Shown here one piece after another: positions 51,811 through 64,000 of a stretch of 64,000 bases of DNA. The notes under the pieces are model-generated. The model did no database searches. It was not told the origin of the DNA and saw only the letters and a list, made by a program, of their open reading frames with translations. The first letter of the stretch is position 1. Every line of letters starts with the position of its first letter. Both the position numbers and the translations under genes were made by a program. Where the stretch lies: the NCBI RefSeq assembly GCF_009914755.1, contig NC_060947.1; one strand, given 5' to 3'. Origin of the DNA: the human T2T-CHM13v2.0 reference genome, Homo sapiens.

Positions 51811-53218
51811 AGAGTTCAATTGTATTTACTTTCATAATAAATGAAAAATTGTTGCATTGCTAAGGGGAGGAAATAAATAAGGAGGCAGCTGGAGATGAAT
51901 GCGCAGTCAGGGGAATGGATCTGTTGATTAATTTAAAGGTAAGAGATAGTTGAGCAAATGTAAATGATGACAGGGAGTAAAGAGAGGTGAGAGAGGCAAC
52001 TGAGTCCCCTAGGCCAGCTTGCTGGGCTCTGGTCAGACACTTTTCTGCCACTGTGTATATTCTGCACTTGCTCTGCTCAAATTGCAAAGAAAAGTAGGGT
52101 ATTTTATTTCATTCCTTTTTGGGAAAAGAGAGATTTCCTGATTAGGAAGTCTGTAAAGAAATTCCCCTTTGGAGAGAAACATGGATGGGATACCACTTCC
52201 AGTGTGCTACTGTCCACATCTCTCTTTTCTGTCCTCCTCCCTTGACATTTCAGCTCATAGGTGAGTTTATTCACCCACATCATGCCCAAGTAGGTGACAT
52301 ATGGTGGACCAACTTTATACCACTGAGTTTCTAACTACTCCTAGTTGTCTTCTAAATTATATCTCAATAAAAAAAAGTAAAAGAACAGGCCAACTTTCTG
52401 AAATTTTCTTTTCTCCTTCACCTTCACACAGAATATTTCATTAACTCTTTTATTCTTGTGATATAAGAACATACAAGGGGACTACACCAATTTTCAGGAG
52501 AGACTTGATTATGTGTTTCATTTCTTCATCTTTAGTCCTAAAGCAAGACAGACCATAATGAACAACTTCTTACTTTCAGAGGCTACTTTAATGATTACTC
52601 ATTTCTTACAGCATTTTCTTGTTTATAAAGCATGTAAATATCCCCTCTGGGTATATAAATATTCTGAATAAATACTCCCTCTCACAGGAGGGTCACACTG
52701 GATAAGAGTCACTCGGGAAACTTTATTCCGATCTATTTTTGTGGATTTCTTCTACATATTCTACACTCATTTTAATGTGACAATTCCCCTGTGGTTTAAA
52801 ATAGGATATGCCTATTCTTCCTAGAATTGAAGGACACTAAAATAAATTTGACTTAAATAGTTCTACCTGAAAAAAATGCACCGAGATATCCAGGGATAGT
52901 TGTATAGGAACAAGATTTTGAAGCAAATCATAGTATATACCTTTTATTTCTTCCAAAATTCAATACAGATGAAATCTAGATGACATCCAGATCATTCCAC
53001 CCCAGGCTCTGGAAACACCACCCTCTGCTCGATAACTATGAGTACAAGAACCCACTTCCCTCTCTTCACCCCTCATCTCATTTCGCCTTTCCTTAGCTCA
53101 GTCACATGGTCACCCATAGCACTGGGGTGGTGGGAGGCAAGATTGGATTTAGGGGTGAAGGGTAAAGGAGAAGCACAAGACCCAGGGCAAGTACCTTAAT
53201 TTACAGTATACCACGAAT

Positions 53219-53567
53219 TAGGGGTCCCCAACCCCTGGGCCTTGGACTGGTACTGGTCTGTGGCCTGTTAGGAACTGGGGTGCAAAGCAGGAGGTAAGCG
53301 GTGGGGTGAGCGAGCATTACCGTCTGAGCTCTGCTTTCCATCAGATCAGTGAGGGCATTAGATTCTTACAGGAGCATGAACCCTATTGTGAACTGCACAT
53401 GCGAGATATATAGGTTGCAAGCTCCTTATGAAAATCCTTAAGAAACAAATGCCTGATGATTTGAGGTGAAACAGTTGCATCCCGAAACCACCTACCCTCT
53501 TACTGTCTACGGAAAAATTGTCTTCCATGTAACTGGTCCCTGTTGCCAAAAAGCTTGGGGACTGCTG
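53219..53567 (+). mobile_element. MER1B hAT-Charlie MITE
   Basis: aggggtccccaaccc...ttggggactgctg; 8-bp TSD ccacgaat / ccatgaat. Confidence 0.92.
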
Positions 53568-54039
53568 CCATGAATAACTCTGTTGTGAATTCCCAAATGA
53601 AAGCTTCAAATCCACTCTTCTTAACCTTGGATTTGATAGACAGATTGAAGGGAAACAAGGGAAAAACAATTGTATCAGTTAGGATTTCATTGGCTTGCAT
53701 GTAGTAGTAACTTCTTATAATGTGAGAAAAATAAGAAGTCTAGAGGTAGCAGTGCTACTAGGGACACAGATCAGATTTATTTCATCTTTCCATTCTGCCA
53801 TCGTTGGGCTATGGCTTTCATCTTGAAGGCTGCAAGATGGCTGCTTCACCTCTAGGCTTCATGCCCACATTCCAGGGAGGAAGAAGGTAAAGGGTAAAAG
53901 GGAAGGTGAAGCTGGTTTGCTTCCTTCTGTCAGGAGGGCAATAGCTATTGGGAAGCTTTACCCAGTGGATATCTGTTTACATTTCATTGGACAAAACTGG
54001 GTCACATGGACACTAAGCTATAAGGGACTCTGGGAGGTA

Positions 54040-54128
54040 TTTTTTTTCTTTTTAAAATTCATTTTTAATTGACAAATAAAAATTATATATACTTATATAC
54101 AACAGGATATATATACTTATATACAACA

Positions 54129-54180
<52 letters not shown>

Positions 54181-54800
54181 GAATGGCTAAATTGAGATAA
54201 TTAACATATGCATTACCGCACATACTTTTTTTTGTGGTGAGAATACTGAAAATCTATTATCTTAGGGATTTCCAAGAATACAACGCATTGTTACTATATA
54301 GGCACCATGTTGTACAATAGATCTCTTGAACTTATTTCTAACTGAAATTTTGTATCCTTTGACCAACATCTCCCCAACCTTTCCCCCTATCAGCCCCTGG
54401 TAACTACCATTCTACTCTCTGCTGCTGGGAGTTTAACTTTTTTAGATTGTACATATCCGCAAGATTATGTGGTATTTATCTTTCTGTGCCTGGCTTATGT
54501 CACTTAGCATAACATCCTCCAGGTTCATCCATGTCATCGAGAATGACAGAATTTTCTTCTTTTTAAAGGCTGAATAGTATTCCATTGTGCATATATACCA
54601 TATTTTCTTTATCCATTCATCTACTGATGAACACTTAGGTTGATTCAATATCTTGGCTATTGGGAATAGTGCTGCAATAAACACGGGAGTGCAGATATCT
54701 CTTTGATATACAGATTTCATTTCCTTTGGGTATATACCCACAGCAGTGGGATTGCCAGACCATATGGTAGTTCTATTTTTAGCTTTTTTGAGGAACTTTG
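54040..54800 (-). mobile_element. L1MA (4-like) 3' end
   Basis: ORF2p C-terminus CTPVFIAALFPIAK...WIKKIWYI; TSD gggaggtattttt at 54032 and 54801. Confidence 0.9.
54084..54177 (+). repeat. 24-bp tandem duplication followed by (AT)~23
   Basis: tatatatacttatatacaacag(g/a)a x2, then an AT run at 54131-54177. Confidence 0.9.
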
Positions 54801-54989
54801 GGGAGGTATTTTTAATGGGACACATTGCAGCCCTGAACAATGATAGGCTCTTGTCAGTAGAAAAGGAGGGGGAATGTAGTGGTAACCATCAGTATTCAGT
54901 AAAACAGTTAACGTAAATATCTGTCCTTATATCTACAAATTTGTAGGGTCAAATAGAGACCTTGCACTGATTCACTACAACTTCTGGGA

Positions 54990-55170
54990 GACATGGGGAG
55001 CAGTAAAATGCATAGTGTCTAGAACTAAGACTTTAGACTCCAGAACAGGTGTATTTGAATCTTAGGTGTTATCAACTGTGACCTTGAATAGATCACTTTA
55101 TTTTCTCACAAGTACATTTCTTATGCCCACATTACAGGGCCACTTAAGGATAAAATGAAATCACATTTTC
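54990..55170 (+). mobile_element. MIR SINE
   Basis: 'gactttagactccagaaca...tgtgaccttgaatagatcacttt'. Confidence 0.6.
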
Positions 55171-56089
55171 ATGATGCCCTTCCCACTATTCCCCTACATT
55201 ACAATGTCCAGCACACAGACCCCAGCAGGCCCACTCATAACTTCAAAGAGGAGAACAAAATTATTAGCAGCCCATAAACAAGAGGAGAGTTAGATAAAGT
55301 AATTTAGCCCTTAGGTTACATCGTCACATAGTGTGAAGTCAAGTAATGAGACATTGTGAAATGACAACAGCATCTATCTCACAAGGTCTAGTCTCTGTGT
55401 GTTTTGATGCTGTGCGGAAAATGTTTAGCTGAGGATGATTTCTAACAAAACTTTTTCTAACAAATATTATGACATGATATAGTGCCCAGCTTAAGGGAAC
55501 AAACATTCCTCATCAACTTCCATGCACTTTTTGAGAATGACATTGGATGAGCTGATAGAGGAACACTTACCAGGAAAACCAAAAAACTGACATGAGTTCT
55601 TGAAATGTCCTCAATGTCTTTGTTCCTCAGTAACACATTATGTGTTTAAATACACATAAAACCTTAGACTGCTTTGTTACATATAATCCTACCACTTCTG
55701 AGTTCCTTATATTTTTACATTTCTATTAATCTTATTCTACATCATAGTTCAAGAGACGGTTTGCCTCTGCATTTTAAGAAACAAACATTCTTTGATGGTA
55801 TTTTTGTTAAATGACTGAAATTGATTTATCATTTTGAATAGTCTTGACAAGGTTTCCTATGGCTAAAAAACTGCCTCTCTGGGTCATGAATTCCATAATC
55901 CACAGCAATGAACGGTTATGTCAGAGCAGCTATTTGTGGTCACCCATAAGCTAAACACTGTTAAGCTGCTCTAATGGAGGTGTCGGATAGTGTGTGTTCT
56001 GTGTATTTGTCGCACCAATAAGTAACATTGTGTTTAAGGGTTGGATCAAACTTTAAGAGTTTTTTTGGTCGATTTGAATGCATCCAGGC

Positions 56090-56470
56090 TGGATCTGAAA
56101 GCTATATCAAGGAGCAATGATTGAAGAAAGTAGAGATATTTAACCTAGGGAAGCAGAAACTAATGAGAAATATGATCATGATCTTCAAATATTTAAACAA
56201 CTATCAGACTTGGAAGGATATGGTTTTATTCTATATTGTCTCAAAGGTCAGAAGTAAGGCTGATGAATACAGTTACCCAAGCAGAGCATTCAGTTCATGC
56301 TAAGAAAAAAAACTGTTCCAACAAGGAAATGAGCAGCCTTATAAGAATTAGTTTCCTGAGCATTAAATATCCATCCAGAGATGCGGTGAACAGCTGTCAG
56401 GGACATTGCATTAAGTGGGAGGATAGATGAGATAAATCTAAACATCTCTTCCAACGCTGAGTTGATTCTA
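56090..56470 (+). mobile_element. L3/CR1 LINE 3' end
   Basis: ORF KKVEIFNLGKQKLMRNMIMIFKYL resembles the CR1 motif LKELGLFSLEKRRLRGDMIxVFKYL; ends 'cttccaac...gattcta'. Confidence 0.65.
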
Positions 56471-57832
56471 ACAGCCACAGCACTCAGAAATTCAGAAAGA
56501 AAATGTCTTGAAACCTGAGATGGGAGCCATAAAAATCTTCCTTTGTTTTTAGTACACTTTAGGCTTTGAGGAGGTTAGAAAGATTACTGTTAAGATTTTT
56601 GTGTACTCTAGTGGTATAAATAAGTTTTCTTACAGAAGTACCCAGAGCCCTTTAAGAAGGGCTGCTCTGTTTTGATCACTTTTTGGTAAACACTCCTCTT
56701 TACCACATGATCCATGGATGTCAAGGTCACAGTTCCAAAGGTGTGTTTAAAGAACAAAGGATTTTTTACATCCACAGTTCCCTTTTCCATTCCCACTTTT
56801 CTGCTTGCTACACTATGCTCTGAAGGAGAAGGGCAGGGGGCACCTCACCTACCAGGGCTTCACATCTTATCCCTTGACTCATAGCTCCCTGCTACAGATG
56901 TATGGCATTCCCTTCTGATCTATAACTTGACCTACAATGGGCCAGGAAGGACTAGATGAAACAGAGACTAGAGGCTGTCAGCTCAGAACTCAGACTGTTG
57001 CCTCACTCTCCCTTCTCTTCTAGGCTCAAAATGTTTTTGCTGAAACAGAGAGGATACATATTCTCAGTAACATTAACTTAGAATGCCAAACATGACATGT
57101 ATTATACATGCATTTGTTGGATGTGAGCATATGAAATCACTGCAATGTAAAAGGCATAAGTAACCTTGTCTCCTGCCACCAAAGAAGTGGAGAGTGAAAA
57201 TCCTTTAGTGGTTTGAGCTAGATCAATACTGAACTCTTAGGCAGGAAATTGTGGTGCTCTCACACAGAAAGCTACTCAGACATTGCCCGCACCAGACTCA
57301 GAGCCAGACATCCTGACAGAGGCTAACATAATGGCTCATAAGTGGTGAACGGCTCCTTAAATTGCAGCCTAAATTCTCCCACAATATCCCCAATTCAGAA
57401 GCCCCTTTGCAAAGGAAGTCCAAGATGAAAGAGCACTAACTATCTCCAAACCAGTTTTTAGCCTTCTGATTTGGGCGAATTACATCCCAGGGAACTAAGA
57501 GAGCATGCAAATGAGATGACAGATCATTGTTCATTTCTTCGGGGAATTGGCACTATATAAAGTCACAAAAAACTGAGACAGCAAAATAGAATTTTCATTT
57601 TCGAAGGGTGAGAGAAGATAGCTTTCATGTAGTGTGGCTGGATGAGTTTAATATTGATTTCCAGAAACATTCTAGAACACATTAAAAGAATAATTTATGA
57701 GTACTTAGAAAACGATGTAAGAGTCCCTAGGATCTGCAGGAATTCATGAAGAATGAGTTGAGTGAGACTCATTTGTTTATTTAATCAGGTTATTACATTA
57801 TTATGATAAAACAGGGAATGCAATAAGCAGTA

Positions 57833-58345
57833 TTTTTTAAAGTCAACTTTATGGAGGTGTAATTTACATGAAATAAACTGCACCTATTTTAAATGTATAG
57901 TCTGATTAATTTTGACAAATGTGTACACTCATGAACCATCACCATGATCAAGACAGAACATTTCCATCAGCCCTGAATGTTCCCTTGTGCCCTTTTATAG
58001 TCAACCCTCCCCCCATTCCTGGCCTAGGCAAGCAGCAATCTGCTTTCTGTCACTCTAGATTAGTTTCAGTTTTCTAGAATTTCATATAAACAAGATGGTA
58101 CAGTATGTAAATTTTTGTATCTGGCTTCTATCACTCACCATATTGTTTTTGAAATTCATCAATGCTGTTGGGTGTTACTTTTATTGTGAGTCAAATTTCA
58201 CTGTGTGGCTACATATTTTGTTTATATATTCACCTGTTGATAGACACTGGAGGTTGTTTTCCATTTTGGAGGTATTATGAAAAAAGCTGCTGTGAACATT
58301 CATGTGCAAATTTTGTGTAGATGTATGTTTTAATTTCTCTTAGTT
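57833..58345 (-). mobile_element. L1ME 3' end
   Basis: 'aattttgacaaatgtgtacac', 'aggcaagcagcaatctgctttctgtcact'. Confidence 0.8.
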
Positions 58346-58619
58346 GGCAATGATGTGAATGCCAAAGGCATTTAGCAGGGTCTCATATGCAACTGTGAAC
58401 AAGATAGAAATATGTGAACCAAGTGCAAGAATTTTATATATAAATGATATGTATATATGATATGTAATAACACACACACACTATATATATATAATATCAT
58501 AATAAAGTAACTTTGTTTGTGGCTGTACTCAGAGGGTGCTAATTAATGGATCAATGCCAACCTGATAAGAGGTTTCTGGTGATATGTTACAGCCTCTGTC
58601 CTCAGTATTCGTCTTAATT

Positions 58620-60622
58620 TAAAATTTTTAAAAATTAACAGATAAGATTGTATATATTTCTTGGGTACAACAGGATGTTTTAAAATATATGCACATTGTG
58701 GCAATGGCTAAGTCCAGCTAATTAACATGTGCATTACCTCACATAGTTGTCATTTTTGTGGTGAGAACACTTAAAACTACTCTCAGCATTTTTCAAGAAT
58801 ACAATACACTGTTATTAACTATAGTCATCATGATGTACGATACATCTCATGAACTTATTTTTCTTATTTAACTGAAATTTTTTAAAACAGTGAGGAAGGC
58901 TTTATTCAGGACTTTTTTTAAAATTTTTTAATTTTTAATTTTTGGGGGTACATAGTAGGTGTATGTATTTACTCGGTACATGAAATGTTTTGATACAGAC
59001 ATGCAATGTGTAATAATAACATCATGGAGAATGGGGTATCCATTCCCTCAAGCATTTATGCTTTGAGTTACAAACAATCCAATTACACTCTTCAAGTTAT
59101 TTTAAAATGCACAATGAAGTTATTGACTGTAGTCACCCATTGTGCTATCGAATAGTAGGTCTTATTCTTACTGTTTTTTGTACCCATTAATCATCCCACC
59201 TCCCCTCAGCCCACCCAGTACCCTTCCCAGCCACTGGTAACTGTCCTTCTACTTTCCATGTCCATGAGTTCAACTGATTTGATTTTTAGATCCCACAAAT
59301 AAGTGAGAATATGCGATGTTTGTCTTTCTGTGCCTGGCTTATTTCACTTAACATAATGATCTCCATTAACTTAAATTTTGTAATTGTTGACCAACATCTC
59401 CCAAATCCTCTTCCCCATCACCTCCCCAGACCCTGGTAACCACTTTTCTACTTTCTGCTTCTGGGAGTTTCACTTTTTAGATTCCACATATGAGTGAGAT
59501 TATGCGGTATTTGTCTTTCTGTGACTGGCTTATTTCATTTAACATACGGTCCTCCAGGTTCATCCATGTTGTTGAGAATGACAGGATTTCCTTCTTTTAA
59601 AAGGCTGAATGGTATTTCATTTTGTATATATACACTACATTTTCTTTATCCATTCATTCGTTGATGAATCCTTATTTGATTCCATATCTTGGCTATTGTG
59701 AATAGTGCTGCAATAAACACGGGAGTGCAGGCATTTCTTTGAAATACTGATTTCATTTCCTTGGCATTCATTTCCTTCAATTCCTGAGGTAGGACTGCTG
59801 GATCTCCAGGCAGGTCAAAAGAACTGGATCCAGTAGTTCCAGTAGCTGGAACTACTGCTGGTAGTTCTATTTTTAATTTTTTGAGGAATCTCTATACTGT
59901 TTTCCACAAAGATTGTACTAATTTACATTCCCATCAATAGTGTGCAAGGGTTTCCTTTTCTCCACATCCCCATCAAATCTTGTGGTCTTTCGTCTTTTTG
60001 ATAATTTTGTCTTTTGATTCCACAACAGGTGTGAGGTGACATCTCTCACTGTGGTTTTAATTTGCATTTCTCTGATGATTAATGACATTGAGCATTTTTT
60101 ATGTAACTGTTGGTTATTTGTATGTTTTCTTTTGAAAAATGTCTGTTCAGATCCTTTGCCCATTTTTTAATTGTGTTATTTGTTTTCTTGCTATTGAGTT
60201 GTTTGAGCTCCTTATATATCTTGGATATTAACCACGTATCAGATGTATGGCTGGCAAATGTTTTCTCCCATTCTGTAGGTTGTCTCTTCATTCTGTTGAT
60301 AATTTCCTTTGCACAGAAGCTTGTTAGTTTGATGTAATCCCATTTGTCTATTTTTACTTTTGTTGTTTGTACTTTTGGGGTCATATCCAAAAAATCATTG
60401 CCAAGACCAATATAGAGCTTTTCCTCAACTTCTAATAGTTTTATAGTTACAGGTTTTACATATAAGACTTTAATCTATTCTGAGTTGATTTTTGTATATG
60501 GTGTGAGACAAGGGTCCAATTTTATTCTCCTGCATATGGATATCCAGTTTTCCCAAAGCCATTTATTGAAGAGACTGTCCTTTCCCCATCGTGTGTTCTT
60601 GGCATCTTTGTTGAAATTCACC
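58620..60622 (-). mobile_element. L1MA4-like 3' region including ORF2 C-terminus, interrupted by L1MA2
   Basis: ORF2p [21 protein letters not shown]; 3' UTR 'aattaacatgtgcattacctcacatagtt'. Confidence 0.9.
58913..59365 (-). mobile_element. L1MA2/3-like 3' end nested in L1MA4
   Basis: 'gggtacatagtaggtgtat', 'aatggggtatccattccctcaagcattt'; TSD ttaact(g/t)aaatttt at 58868 and 59366. Confidence 0.88.
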
Positions 60623-61789
60623 TGGCTTTTTAGTGTTCTTGTATTTCATATGCTTATCATGTCAGTAGGACCAAGATAATAAAATTTGTATATTCTGTGA
60701 AGCTGGAAGTGTTAGCTAATCATTAGCAGATTCAGGATCCAGAAAAAGTTTAAATGATTAATGCTTTTAACTACTAAAATTAAATTCAACAAGGATAAAT
60801 GGGAAGCATTGGGTGTAAGTATGAAGAAACAACTGACCAAGTTCAGGATGAAGGAAATATGACTTAGAACCATATGTGTAAAAAACTTGATATTTTTTCA
60901 GTGAGTAATAGCTTCAATGTTAGTTGACAGTCATACCACCAAAGAAACCATGCTTATTTGGGACTGCATTAATAAATGTTATATATATATATGAAAAAAG
61001 TAATATTTCTTCTCTACCCAGTTTTTGTTGAAGTGTATGTAGAGTACTGAGTGGAATTCTAAAACAACATAAACTGAACTACCTACAAATAAAAGAGGCC
61101 AAGATGGTGGTTATTCAGGACTGTGTTATATGAAGACAGGTTGAAAGAACTGAAGATATTTTTTTTGGTATAAAGAACTTATGGTGTTGGGGGGGTATGG
61201 TTATAACTGTCTTCAGAAATATGAAGAACTATCCCACATAAAAGAAATTAGACTTATTGTAGACTCTGAGGGCTAGAATCATGGTTTGAGAGAAGCTACC
61301 AGAAGACAGAAGAGATAACACTCCAACTACTAGAGTGGTCTAAAGGTAAATATGTTTTCCTCAGGAGACACTGAATTTTTGGTTATTAGAGGTGTGCAAA
61401 TATGGATCCACTGACCTGGAACGTTACCTCACCAGTATAATGAGTGTAATGATACCAGTATACGTAGACTGAGGATAATGTGGGTGAACATACCTCTATT
61501 AAAGTAGTTGTACCATTTCACTAGGCTTATTGATTGACATGTCTATCTTAATTAGCTAAAGAATGCCTTAAAATCAAGGACTACATCAATTCATCTTTTT
61601 TTTCTGTAACATCAACCATGGTATCTGGCTCATGAAGGCATTTTTCATAAATGTTTTTGAATGACTAGAGATAACAGATATAAGAGTACTTTAGAAATAA
61701 ATACAGCACAACCCTAATACAATATACTATTAATTGTTAATATTAATAATTTCTTCCTAAACGGCCTGTCAATTCAGGTTGCCTATATT

Positions 61790-64000
<2,211 letters not shown>

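Larger units (their letters stand above)
53671..54890 (-). mobile_element. MLT1K/L-like LTR, interrupted by L1MA
   Basis: tgtatcagttagg, 'gcaagatggctgct', 'cattggacaaaactgggtcacatgg'; resumes at 54814. Confidence 0.6.
57690..61400 (+). mobile_element. Fragmented L3/CR1 RT region, split by L1ME and L1MA insertions
   Basis: Pieces at 57690-57832, 58350-58610 (QRVLINGS.. 'ctctgtcctc') and 60640-61400 ('aaattcaacaaggataaatg', 'ttgaaagaactgaagatattt', 'gtcttcagaaatatgaag'). Confidence 0.6.

Overview
This is human genomic DNA. An AluYb8 with its diagnostic 7-bp insertion sits at 62978, alongside L1PA, THE1/MST and MADE1 elements. The window is AT-rich and CpG-poor and looks intronic or intergenic. 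I find no credible protein-coding gene, RNA gene, CpG island or CRISPR array; the supplied ORFs are chance ORFs or read-throughs of Alu/L1/LTR/CR1 relics. A large share of the window is layered transposable-element debris (L1, L2, L3/CR1, Alu, MIR, MaLR/ERVL LTRs, hAT-Charlie and mariner MITEs), often nested and with target-site duplications (TSDs) still readable. I did not find a new multi-gene biological system. The most interesting observations are: (i) an orphan 43-bp-arm hairpin at 31972-32074; (ii) an ancient L1MA insertion carrying a 29-nt 3' transduction with its own AATAAA at 58884-58912; (iii) a twin-primed (5'-inverted) L1PA that creates a chimeric 150-aa ORF; (iv) a half-MADE1 next to an inverted LTR fragment; (v) a snap-back palindromic repair scar at about 59.8 kb; (vi) a TTAGGG-containing G-rich VNTR; (vii) a homeodomain/TALE motif cluster with a duplicated TGACA palindrome at 24.7-24.9 kb. 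Subfamily calls come from remembered consensus sequences. Boundaries of old elements are approximate (about +/-30 bp) and need RepeatMasker/Dfam confirmation.
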